Assembly (NCBI GenBank): GCA_002269645.1
Contig: NIVC01001200.1
Location: forward strand, 1 to 64,000
Direction of reading: 5' to 3'
Source of the DNA: Macrostomum lignano
Lineage: Eukaryota
Length of the DNA: 64,000 nt
A model generated the notes under the pieces. The model did no database searches. It saw nothing but the letters and a program-made list of their open reading frames with translations, and was not told where the DNA came from. Of the stretch, positions 1-12,604 are shown in pieces. Position numbers and translations under genes: made by a program. Positions within the stretch are counted from its first letter, which is position 1, and the number at the start of each line of letters is the position of its first letter.

Positions 1-1889
1 TACAAAGTTAATGCACAAATGTAACCAAATTAGAATATGCTCAAAGAGAAGTAAATCTAAACATTCATAGGCCTATAGCTTATTACAAATATGTCTAAGA
101 ATTATTAATCATATAATATTATAACTTATATCATTGAAAATATCAACTAGACTAGAAGGCAAAGATAAGCCCTCTGCTTGTTAATCAAAATAGGTCCTTA
201 TGAAACCCAATAAAAATAAAAATACAAAGTGTAAATAATATAACATTATATGTGTAATGAAATATGCATTTATATTTGTATTGCTAGTATTTTTTAAGAA
301 TTTATACTAATGTTAAATATTCTAGGAATGTAATATACCAACTATTTACTTACTGTAATTTTTATTATATTATTTGTTTTGAATAGTGTTTTGTATGCAA
401 ATATAAGGTAAAACCAGTTTAAACCAGTTAGGCATGCATTGTACAATTGGTCTCTCAGGTGGCTACAAATAGCTAACCTTTAGACACTTCATCATAGACA
501 TAGATGTCACACTACTTGCCGTAGACATAGACTTATACTAGAATATTACATTATTTAAGTTCACTTAGAGTGTAGTTAATATTGCAACTATTATTACTAT
601 ACAATTAGCCAATCCCAATACTAATTTTATCCAATATATAATAGTTATAGTGAGTTAGTGAGCCAGTGTGTGCTACCTAATCTAACTAGATCATTAATAT
701 TATAATATTTACAGTCAACCTATATTAACCTACACAAATATTAAACCTGATTGCCCTGGCAGCGTCTTTGTTTCAATTTCTTTTACTCAACTCCAGTATA
801 GAGAATTTGAATAGCAACCACAAGAAGTTAATATATTGCATAAATATTGTTATTTAGCTTTAGCTATTATGCAAATAAGCAGGGCACTATTGGCATGACA
901 TCATGTGGATAATATTATCAGGATTAGCATGGGGATGTAGGAATAAACACTGATATTATTCTTGCATTTGCAAGGAGCCAAGATGTTAGGCTTAGTATCT
1001 TTCATATTTGGTAATATTAATCAGCTTAAACATAATGTATAAATATTTCTACTTGAATTTGAACCCAGTGTGTGAGTATGTAGATTAGAGTACATTTTCA
1101 ATTTATTTCCTATCTTTCTTAGCTAGCACTAACCTAACACTTAATTTTTCAGCATACCAAAATATACTATTACCAAAGTGGCTATTACCTAAGTGGACTT
1201 TTACTGGGACATCCAAATCTTTTGATGAACCTGGAAAAATTGCAAACGACTATGCAATATTTAGACATGAATACTGAGCCAGAGCCACCCCCTCTTCTGC
1301 CTCACCCACACTGTCTGCCTCATTATTTTGTGGGCCACACGTTTTGCTAGGACAGTTTTTTATTTTTATTGTTTTAGCCGTAGCTTAAAATTACACAGAG
1401 TTCTGTTGAAAAAATCTGATAGGAACAAAATGGTTGCATTTATTTTGTGTTTAATAATTAGTAAGTAACAAAAAATGAAGCCTAAGGCCAAAGGAAACAT
1501 AATTTTAAATTTTGACTTGAATTCTTTCTTCTTGGAAAAATATTATTTTGCAATTTTTTGAATTAGCAGGAATTTCATTAACGATGCATAACGAATTACT
1601 TTTAAAGGCTCTTTCCTATTGGTACTCTATATTAGTGCAACATTTGTGGTTCGTATTATTCGATTTATTTAAAGTAATGAAAGATGGCAGTGTAAACAAG
1701 TATTAAGGCGCTACCGAAGACTTTGCTAAAATTATCTAGTTGGTTGAATACAATTGAAAAAGTTTTCGACGCGAAAGTAAGTGCTTGTGAACAAAAGTAT
1801 GCACTACTACCAAGATGAGCATAGTGTTAGTGGTAATTGTAATACAACAACAACAACAAAATACGCTGTCAAGATGGCAAAAGTCAGCG

Positions 1890-4716
1890 TCACAGGGCGC
1901 GCTTCATGGCTTGGGCGCGAACAAAGGCCGCGCCACCGGCAGTGTCCGGGGCGCCGGCGTCAGCCAGCAGACAGTCGACATAACGCCGAGTTCGCGCTTG
2001 ACCTCGCCGGTAGGGTGCCTGCAGCGTGAGCAGCAGCACCTCCTGCACCGGCTGTGGGCAGTACGACTCGGCGCGGATGAGATGGCCTGCGAGCTGGAGT
2101 CGCCGACGGCGCAGTAGATCACTTGGACGTGGCAGGCCAGCGCGGCGATAGAGTGCCGCGTTGGTGACTCGCTCGACGCCGATGTTGAAGGCGGCGCGCA
2201 GCAGGCCAGCGTGCGCCGCATCGACTTGCTGTTTGAGTGAGTCCGTCAGCGTCCAGGTCTCGGCGTTGTACAGCAGGACGGTCTCGATTACCGCCTGGAA
2301 CAGCGCCGCCCTCTGGCGGTCCGGTAGGGCCTCGAACTGCAGGACTCCCTCACAGAACGAAAGGCAGCCCAGGCAAGCCCGCGGCGGCGTCGCAGGTCCT
2401 CGCGAGCGTCTGGAACCAGACCGCCGAGGTAGACGAACTGCTGACATCGCGGGAGTTCGGTCGCCTGCCCGTCAGCGCCTCGGCAGAATATTGCAGCCTC
2501 GGCACGCAGAGCACAACGGTCTTCTGTGTGTTGACCACCAGGCCGACACTCGCCGCAACGGCAGCTAGCCTGTCCAGCTGCCGTTGGGCGCCCTCGACGG
2601 TCGAGGACAGCAGGGCGAGGTCGTCGGCGTAGCCAAGCACGCTGAGCCGCTTCTCCGGTTGACGTCGACCTACGCGTCGCCGCAGCAGAAAACCGTCGTC
2701 GTCGGTAGGAAGAGCAGTCCGCAGCACCCAGTCAAGCACCAGGACGAACAGGAACGGCGCCAGCGTATCTCCCTGAAGTACTCCGGAGGATGTCTCAAAG
2801 GAGTCCGATAGGCCGTCCGGTGTTGTCACAGCAGCTGTCGTATCACGGTACATCGCCATGATGGCGGAGATCAGCTGCTCGGGCACGTTGTACGCGCGGA
2901 GCACCATTGGAAGCACGGCTCTGACAACCGAGTCGAATGCCTTCTTGAAATCAATAAAGATTAGAATCAGGATCGACTGGCGAATCCGCGCCTCCTCGAT
3001 GACTCGGCGAAGAGCCAGGATCTGCGCCACTGTGCCGCGATGGGCCGGAACCCGTTCTGCTCTGGGCGCAGGTACGGATCCAGCACGGGCTGCAACCGCG
3101 AAAGCAGCATCCGGTTGAACAGCTTCGCTGCACAGGACTGAAGGCAGATGTGCCCGTGGTGCCCGGCCTAGTGGTGCCCGGCTTCTTTGGAACAGCAACG
3201 ATGTGCGCCGTGGTCCATTCGTTGGGCGCCGCCTCACCGAAGAGCACGCGGTTCATCACTCTGGCGACCTCAGCGGCCACACAGAGGATGCGCAGCGCCT
3301 CGATGGGCACCTCGTCCGGACCCAGCGCTTTCCCGCCCGGTGACTGCTGGCGAGCTTGACAACGTCGGCTGCGTTGACTGGGCCTACGCTGAAACTCTCC
3401 TCTGCCGGCAACGGCGTCTCCGGCGGCAGCGTCAGACTGTCTGGCAGCGGGGGTGGCGGCGCGTTGACGATGGCGGCGAAGAACTCGCGCAGCTCGTTCC
3501 TGCGCTCATCCGGAGTGTCACCAGCCAGGTTCAGCGGATTGCGCCGCTTTCGCCCCGTCAGAGCGTTGATGGCGGACCAGGCCACGCGCCCTCTGGCATC
3601 GGCCAGCGGCAGAGACAGCCTGAATGGCGTCATCGACAGCCGCTTGTTGGCGCTGCAGGTAGACAGCCGCCAGAGCTGCCTCTGCCTCGCGGGTTGGTCA
3701 CCTGCTCAAGCGGAGCCTCTCCAGATCTTCCCTCGCTGCCTGAATCGCAGGGTCGTCCTGCCAGACCGGCTGCCCACGTTGAGCCGGTTGCATCATCGGG
3801 ACTGCTTGCTCCGAGGCGGTTCTGACTGCAGCGCACACTTCCGCATACTCGGCACTTCCACGCTTGTCGCCCAGCGCGGTGTTAAAGGCGCTAGCAAAGC
3901 AACGCTGCGTATCGGTGGCTCTGAGCGCGCGGTAGTAGCGCCGCGGTGGCCGCTTCGGCGGACGGTAGAGCGGATCGCGAAGGTTGAGGTCGCAGATGAG
4001 GAGCCGGTGATCGGACCGCAGAGCCAGCGGCTTGATGGTGCGGCAGTTGACGGCGCGACGACGCTCACGGAAACGCACGAGCACGTGGTCGAGCTGTGCT
4101 TTTCTCCGGGTTGCGTTCCTGCCACGCGCGTTCCGTCGCCTCCGCTTGCAGCCCACGAAGGTTGCGAGACCGCTCAGTGGCTTGCGGAAGCGGGTGTGTG
4201 CCAACACCATGTCCTGCCTCTCCAGGAAGTCCTCCAGTGCCTCGGTGTTGTTGTTCCCGCGTGGCGTCACGAACAGCGACCTCTCGGACCTACGCAGGAC
4301 TGCGTTCAGGTCTCCGAGGACGACCGCTGTGTCACGCTGCGCCATCGCCTCTACCTGCACTGAGAGCTGCTCGAAAAACTCTTGAGCCTCGTCAGGGCGT
4401 GTGGCAGGGCGCGCGTACGCGCAGAACAGGCGAGCATTCCGACTGCGTAGCCGGACGTCGATCCGAAGCAACCGGGGGGACAGGGAGACGCAGCGACAGC
4501 TCTGCTGCAGCCTCGGCCCGATCAGCGCTCCAACTCCTCCACTGCCTCGCTGGTCCGCAGAAGTATAGTAGAGGGTCCACCCGGCGCCCAAGTCCTCACA
4601 ATGAAGTCCCGGGTCGGCCTTGATAGACACCTCCTGCAGCGAGATGATGTCGCCAGCACCCCTCTACGCCAAGCAGCCTTGAGAGTGCGGCAGTTCAGCG
4701 TCCCGACCCGAAGCAT
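1890..4716 (-). pseudogene. APE endonuclease + reverse transcriptase ORF of the RTE element, split by several frameshifts/deletions
   Basis: APE motifs LRVGTLNCRTL, DIISLQEV, VVLGDLNA, LDHVLV, SDHRLL. RT motifs FIDFKKAFDSV, GVLQGDTLAPFLF, LGYADDL, GLVVNTQKT. C-terminal ETVLLYNAETWTLT. These lie across ORFs 4522-4716, 3698-4630, 3256-3633, 2951-3310, 2350-3237 and 1890-2447. Confidence 0.9.
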
Positions 4717-4914
4717 GCCCTGTGGTACAGCTTGGGCTCGATGCAGTTGTGCCTCACGGTCCCCGGCGCCACCCGGAGGATCCGAGTGGACCCGCGCGGC
4801 AGCTCGACGGGCGGCGCCACGCAGCCGGCCTCATCGGTTCCGCTCACGCCGGCGCTCAACACGCCGACGGGCGCTCAACACGCCGACGGGCGCTCCGCTG
4901 CCCTCGCTTGGTCC

Positions 4915-5005
4915 TGCCGCATTTGGCCGCCGCAGCAGTTAAGCGCGGCTCTCCGCTCTGACCACGAGGAGGTAGCGGCATTTATCTGCACCGTGGTGCA
5001 AAGGC
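4915..5005 (-). ncRNA. candidate HDV-like self-cleaving ribozyme at the retrotransposon 5' end
   Basis: Minus strand: P2 UGCCGC(4980-4975)/GCGGCA(4920-4915); P3-L3-P3 ACC-UCCUCGU-GGU (4973-4961); P1 GCCUUUG(5005-4999)/CAGAGC(4960-4955) with one bulge; GG(4954-4953) available for P1.1; P4 GCCGC/GCGGC; J4/2 GGCCAAAU. Confidence 0.7.
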
Positions 5006-7281
5006 AACAAAATGAAAATGACGACACGAGTTTTTAAAGTTTTTGAAGCGTTGTTAGTATACGAGCTCGTATGTGCGGCCTTACTTTTTGTATTGAATAA
5101 GTTTGAAATATTTTTTTCGTGTTGAGAAATAAATTAAGGCTCGCTTTCTGGTTAGCGGTAGTGCTATAGTGGTTCCTGTTGCAGTGCCTTTCCATAGCAG
5201 CAGGGCCTTTAGCACCAAGGGCTTAGCACCAGATGGGCTCCAGCTAAAGCACGATGCAGCATATCTTTCCCCCACCTAGCTCTTTGGATTTGCACTTGTT
5301 GCCTTTGAGTTACGGGCGTTGTTGTACGTGAGGCTGTTTACTAATGGAGTAAATCTAGCAAAAAGCCACTTCTCAGCTTCCCTTCGTGAATTCGAAAACA
5401 ATTAGTGATCTGGCTCGCCAAAGTGCATAGAAAATTAATGCATGCAGCTACTCTCTCTGCATTTGCGTGAATGGCAGCTAACCGCTATTACAGTGTATAG
5501 TCATGCAGTCCGGTTTCAATGTTAATCATCCTGCATATTTGCTACATGTGGACAGCAGGCAGAATACACAATATACGGAAACTCGCGGACAAGCCATCAT
5601 CGCCCTGGCTGGCAATTTGGTGATTTTGCGCAGATGCTTCGCATCAACCATATATAGTTGTGGGCTTGGATTTCAACACAGCCAGCGCTGGCCCGAGCGA
5701 GCTGCAGCTGTCCCACACCGCTCAAATTCTAACCGCCAACAAATGTGCGATGCGGGATTGCTTTTTTAGGCCTCGCAGTGTTTGAGCTCTCGGTGAAAAA
5801 TATGGTGGCACATCTGGCGGCCGGCACATCTGCTTCTGTATTAGATGAAATTTGACTGCTTTAAGCTGCGCTTGAGCAAACAGAAATTCATAACAGTAGA
5901 AGTCAACGCTAAGTGCAGTGTCTGGCTTCAGGAAGCCGAAACTGTTATTGATTTCGTCCTGCGAAATCGGACCTGCTCAATAGAAAAGCAGTGAGAATAT
6001 ATGGCGGGATTGGCTAAAGAAGAACCTATATTGTCTGGTGGCTTTTTAATAAATAATAATACTTAACGCTTTACTTAACCACAGAGCGCCTTGGCTACTA
6101 CCGCAAGTCAACTAGGCGAGAGTCAACCTGCAGCCAGCCAGACGACAATTTTGCTGTTATACGTCAGTTCCACTGACTCCGGAGCACGCGTGTCCACGAC
6201 CGTCTCATCATTGGGTACTGAGGTACACTGTGCGAGTACCTCCTGCGCACACTGGGCCCTGGGGTAGGCCCTTATTGGCATCCATGCAGAGAGAGGTCAC
6301 TGGTGCGAGAGACGGACGGACGAGTTACCGCTGAGCAGTCCTGCCGGGCAGTTGGGTTACTCTGACCGATAAGGAACAACCAACTGAAAGGCTGATCAGT
6401 TTTAAGCATCGGAAACACCCAAGTACTAAGTTAGTGCAAGCAATGCGAAAGTGCTTCCCATGCCAGTGTGTTGTTGGCCTTCATCAATAATGCACGCCCT
6501 GCGGCAGGACAAACCGCCAAGTCGGGCCGCCCCCCAGCCGCTGAAGGCCCAGCGATCTGTGCACAGCTTTGTGTTGAACAGCTGGAATTCATTGCGCAAA
6601 ATGGGGATCCCGGGCGGAGGGCCTTAGGGCAGCGGGTCCCAGATGTTGTTTGCCATTTATCTATTGCCAGTTTGGCATCCCAAGAGGACTGACGGAGGCC
6701 AGAGGCTTTAGGAACTCGGTGGGGGGACGCCCGATTATTGGCAGGCTGATCGGGGGTCGGTGGTCTGAGTATCGACTCAGCATCGACGCCTTCGCTCATG
6801 AATTATTAATTGCCGGTCTTCTGGAGGCAGCAGCAAAACTTGAAATCCACTGGAGAGAAACTCCGTCTCCCCCGGGGCCGCTTGTCGCCACGCGGCTCCC
6901 GCAGTTGAGCCGTCGGGTTTTTTTCGACCATTCGGCCAAAAGAAGAGGAATTTCTTCCCCTCCGGACCGGCCAGTCTGCGGCATCCGCTCTCTGGAAATG
7001 GTGAGACGGGTAGAGAGCGGAGGAGAGGACTCAGGCGGGAGAGAATGGGTTTACCCAGCTGCCAGGAGCCAACTGGATTCAAGCGGATGGCAGAAGGGGA
7101 GAGAAAAAAATGGGAAGAATTGAGTGAGCCGGCCGGAGCTTGAGTAGATTTTTTGGGGGTCTCATTTTCCCCTCCTTGGCTGGCTCTCGTCTCCCCTCTC
7201 ACACGAAGCTGCGGCAGGCTGAGGGGCTCAGTTTAAAAAGCCCAATGCTGCATCTTGGGGAGGGCTGAGCTGCCGCCTGAG

Positions 7282-8360
7282 ATGAGCCACGACGAGGAGC
7301 TGTTGGTCCCCGCCGCCCCCGGCTTCGAGGTCTGGCGCCTGGTTCTGGTGGGCCGCCTGATCCTCAACTCCGCAGCCATCGTGCTCAACCTGCTGAACTG
7401 CCTGCTGCTCAGGAAGCTCTGCCGGAAGCGCCGCGCCCACACCAGCCTGCTGAGTCTGCTCTACCTGAGCTACGCTGAGCTGGGCTTCACTGTGACCTCC
7501 CAGCTCTTCTCGGTGCTGTTTCTGGCTTCGCACACCGGCGGCCGAGACGACCACAGCCGAAGCAGCCCGCCTGAGCACCAGAAGTTCTTCGTGCTGGTCG
7601 CCCTGGCGAGCTTCGGCAGCCTGAAGCACAGCTCGCTGTTCGTGCGCCAGTGGTGGCTCGTCTGCCTCGTCTGCCTGCACGGCGTCGCCAAGCGCTTCCG
7701 AGCGCTGGCCCACCGCCTGGCCGCTCGGCGCTTCGTGCGCGGCCTGTACAGCCTCTGCCTGCTGGTCGGGGCCAGCTTCGGCCTCGTCCGTCTGGTGGCC
7801 GAGAAGATCCCGGAGTACTTCCGCAAAGACTACATCAGCGAGGAGCAGCACGAGCTCATCCACCGAGTGCTGTACGTTCTGGAGTTCGGCGTGCCGCCGC
7901 TCCTGGCCGTGCCATGCGTGGCTGCGCTGGCCGCCCTGGTGGCCTGCGCCTGGCGACGGAGCCCCGCCTGCGAGACGGGCGATCAGCAGGCGGAGGGGAC
8001 GCCGACTTATCGGTTTCCGCCGCCCTGCAGCAGCAGCAGCAGCAGCAGCAGCAGAGGTTGACTTGGTCGTGGCGCAGCTCACAGGTGGTGCTCATCATCG
8101 GGCTGCTGTTCGTGGTGCTGCAGGGCCCGCTGATCCTGCTGGACCGGGTGGGCGCGGAGTCGCCGCTGTTTATCAACCTGCAGGACCTGGTGATCTCGCT
8201 GTTCAGCTGCAGCTACTTTGTGATCTTCTGCGCCACCAGCGCCGCATTCCGAAACAAGCTGGCGGTGATGTGCACCTGCACTGTGACCGCGGGCACAGCT
8301 GAGAGAGACACCACCGTGCTGGACAGCGCCTGTGAGATGGTGCCCAGCAACAGAATCTGA
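7282..8360 (+). CDS. intronless 7TM class A GPCR-like receptor with a single frameshift in the third intracellular loop (pseudogene or sequence error)
   Basis: ORF from ATG 7282 gives five hydrophobic helices (LILNSAAIVLNLLNCLLL; LLYLSYAE; WWLVCLVC; LYSLCLLVG; VPPLLAVPCV). An overlapping frame gives TM6 VVLIIGLLFVVLQGP and TM7 SCSYFVIFCATSAAFRNKL, stopping at 8358-8360. Adding one base gives about 359 aa. Confidence 0.7.
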
Positions 8361-8911
8361 GCGCATTCCTCATCGAGAATATGAAAAGTCGTCGGAATTC
8401 TAAGACGGTTTCCCTGCCCGCTGATTTGCTGACTTGCTGACCTTAACTGTCCGGCCACCAGTTTGCAATCCACGGCATTGGTAAAATGCGCGAGTTGGAA
8501 TCTGAATATGATTATAAATGCACCTTGGCACCGTATCAAATGCTTCAAGCAGTACACTCTGTGACTCTCTGTGTTGTCAGTCTAGCAACTCTTCTGTTAG
8601 TTGAAATAGGCTTTGCTATCTTAAAGATTAACCGTTTGTACTTTTGGGGTGTCGCGATTCCTCTCTGCCCCCCCCCCCAATTAACTAAGACTCAAAGCAC
8701 ATTTGCCCCATTGGTTAGAGAGAAATTGAAACCACAAGACTAATAAATAAACGGCCTCAGAAAACCCAGTTTTAACAGCACAGCTGAGTTGCGCTTTGAT
8801 ATTTTTGTATTTTCTGGTGGCTCATAACAACTACCACCATTAGTAAGCATGGATCATCGACCACAAGCAGTGTGAGGCGAATTGGCACGGCTTCCACTTT
8901 GTACTTCTAAG

Positions 8912-9598
8912 GGCATGATCTGATTTGACGGTTGCATGATCTGATTTGATGGTTGCATGATCTGATTTGATGGTTGCATGATCTGATTTGATGGTGCATG
9001 ATCTGATTTGATGGTTGCATGATCTGATTTGATGGTTGCATGATCTGATTTGATGGTTGCATGATCTGATTTGATGGTTGCATGATCTGATTTGATGGTT
9101 GCATTATCTGATTTGATGGTTGCATGATCTGATTTGATGGTTGCATGATCTGATTTGATGGTTGCATGATCTGATTTGATGGTTGCATGATCTGAGTTGA
9201 TGGTTGCATGATCTGATTTGATGGTTGCATGATCTGATTTGATGGTTGCATGATCTGATTTGATGGTTGCATGATCTGATTTGATGGTGCATGATCTGAT
9301 TTGATGGTTGCATGATCTGATTTGACGGTTGCATGATCTGATTTGATGGTGCATGATCTGATTTGATGGTTGCATGATCTGATTTGACGGTTGCATGATC
9401 TGATTTGATGGTGCATGATCTGATTTGATGGTTGCATGATCTGATTTGATGGTGCATGATCTGATTTGACGGTTGCATGATCTGATTTGATGGCTGCATG
9501 ATCTGATTTGACGGTTGCATGGTCTAATTTGATGGTTGCATGATCTGATTTGACGGTTGCATGATCTGATTTGACGGTTGCATGATCTGATTTGATGG
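8912..9598. repeat. 21-bp minisatellite (GATGGTTGCATGATCTGATTT), ~33 copies with 20-bp variants
   Basis: Directly visible tandem repeat. Confidence 0.95.
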
Positions 9599-10422
9599 CT
9601 CATCACAAGTGATGGCATTGTGGGCGAGTCTCCAAAAGGCATTGTGTTGAGAGAGTCAGGCTGATTTTGGGGTACACACGAACTTAGACTAAGTTGGCCT
9701 TCCGACTGGTATATTTATACTTATATATTTATCTAGCTGCGACAAATCAATATCGGCAAACAGATGTACATAGAAGATGTATATATCTGCAAACCAACTA
9801 TCCAACAGGAGGTCCATGCAGCACTTCAAAAAAGCTTAGCTCGTATCAGAAGTGTTCGCAAGATGGGAATGGACTCCGATTCCAGCTATTGATTGACAAG
9901 TTTTTTTCAGCTCAATGTTATAAAATTGTGTACCTCCGCCTGCTGCCTCAGTCTCCTCTTTTTTTCTGTTTTTTTCGACAAAGTATCTCCTGCCACACGC
10001 ATGAGCAAACGCGTGACACTGTCAGTTCAACTCTAAAAAAACTGAAGGCTTCCGATCTCGCTGGTGCATTTTGCTGCGAAACCCAGCCGCCAATCAAATC
10101 TGGCGCACTTTGGCGCAGAGATTCTGTTCGAAAGGAACTTGCAGCTCTTCGTAACCTTATCCTAGTGGGTGAGCCGCTGAGCCGTTGGAGTAGGAAGACT
10201 TCGACAGATGAGCTCAGCTAAGGATTCCAGCTGCTCAGCTCTGAGTCCACGAAACCGCCAGTCTCTCCCGCGACGGCCTCTGGGCTTTGGCTGCTGTGGC
10301 GGTCCCTTCATTCAGTATGCAAATTGTTTTCTGGCTCCGGCAGGTCGCGCCAGCAGGGATATCGGATTACCGTGCAGATTAACGTGCCCTGCAGTCACTA
10401 TGCCAAGATTATAAACAACAAA

Positions 10423-11486
<1,064 letters not shown>

Positions 11487-11490
<4 letters not shown>

Positions 11491-11575
11491 AGTGAGTGTG
11501 TGCCTGTGCATACGACTGCGTATGTATCCGAGTGTGCCTGCTCAGGGAAGTCGGGCGGAATGGACAGTAATGCTT
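11487..11575 (+). mobile_element. partial SINE body related to the SINE at 62208-62573
   Basis: Shares GAGTGTGTGCCTG...GTATCC...TGCCTGCTCAGGG(A/G)AGT...GGCGGAATGG(A/G)CAGTAATGC with ~62419-62492. Confidence 0.6.
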
Positions 11576-11712
11576 ATCGATTGCAACCCATGATGCTTTT
11601 GTATTTTTTTCACGATTTTTGCAATTGTAACAACGCATAAGTTAAAGCTTGAGATCTAAAAGGTATTTTAAACTCCAATCCAAAGACTCAAATACTCAAG
11701 TTGCCATTGACG

Positions 11713-12018
11713 TCAGTCATTACTCGCACATTTCCAATAGCCAGGTATCCCGGAGCAGCGCTTTGAGCAGCAGTAAGGGGCTAAGCTATCCTTACAGCGC
11801 CTGCCTTTCTTGAGGCATTCCAGTCTGCACGCGGTTGAGCAGTCTGCATGGGCGTTTTGCATGCGATTGGTTATTAGCCGCAGGCAAGCCAAGGATATGC
11901 TAAATAAACCTAATTCGGGGCGAAACTCACCGAGAACCGCGAGCAGGGCAAGCAGAACCAGCCACAGAATATACTGTATATTCTGTGGAACCAGCAGCAC
12001 GAGTAGTTGGGTCTTCAT
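11713..12018 (-). CDS. small secreted cysteine-rich inhibitor-cystine-knot (knottin)-like peptide; probable 2 exons (12018-11931, 11843-11713)
   Basis: ATG at 12018, hydrophobic signal peptide, and an 87-nt phase-1 GTGAGT...CAG intron candidate (11930-11844). The C-terminus CLKKGRRCKDSLAPYCCSKRCSGIPGYWKC fits C-x6-C-x7-CC-x3-C-x8-C. Confidence 0.7.
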   Translation of the reverse strand: MKTQLLVLLVPQNIQYILWLVLLALLAVLGEFRPELGLFSISLACLRLITNRMQNAHADCSTACRLECLKKGRRCKDSLAPYCCSKRCSGIPGYWKCASND

Positions 12019-12604
12019 TTAGACTTTTATAGCTTCCAAAAGTTTACTTGGGGTCAACGCCTGTTTGCAGCAGCCTCTCTTAGGAGCGCAGAAGTGCAGA
12101 GTGAATCTTTTGATGTCTATGGCAAAAACCCACAGGGTTGCGCTGTACCGTGACCTTTGCCCGGTGAGCTGACAGCCGCGCCCCGTTAGTGCCATAGACG
12201 CATTAGGCGCCATCTACTGGTCAGTTGTGCGCCCTCCTTGACTTGGTCGGAGGGCACTGAATGATTTCTCCTTGCCCTCGAGGTCGAGAAGACTTTCCCG
12301 TCTTCATGGTCTAATTACTACAGTTCAAAACTGCTGTCAGTAAACAAGCTCAAAAAGTTTTTAAGCTTCATCAGGCCAGCAAGATAATGAGCTGCTCAAG
12401 ACTCCTACTAATTGCGTCTATAATTTTCTGTCTGCCTCCACCAACTTCCACTCATCTTTTTTCCTTAGACTCAGCCTGCCCCCTGCCGGTTGTTTGAGTT
12501 GGAGGGTGCTCAGCAACTGGGATGGCCAAGGAGGCTTTGAACTGGGATCTGGAGTGCCAAATCCTCATTCTTCAGACAATGCATTGTTAATTAGTTGTTT
12601 TGAA

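Larger units (their letters stand above)
1845..5005 (-). mobile_element. RTE-clade non-LTR retrotransposon (LINE), near full length
   Basis: Minus-strand APE endonuclease plus RT coding region. A short 3' UTR ends in a (TTG)5 tail (plus strand (CAA)5 at 1845-1859). The GC-rich 5' UTR ends at a candidate HDV-like ribozyme. No TSD could be identified. Confidence 0.9.

Noticed and set aside
1-1800. Possible decayed gene or transposon in the AT-rich left end
   Set aside because: No ORF or motif recognisable in the frames examined.
8381-9892. Exon-like blocks (8381-8553 and 9737-9892, LRQINIGKQ...DSDSSY*)
   Set aside because: Splice sites are weak, I could not build a coherent multi-exon model, and there is no recognisable domain.
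12025-12031. TATA box for the knottin gene
   Set aside because: TATAAAA lies only about 7 nt from the ATG, too close for a canonical TATA-to-start spacing.
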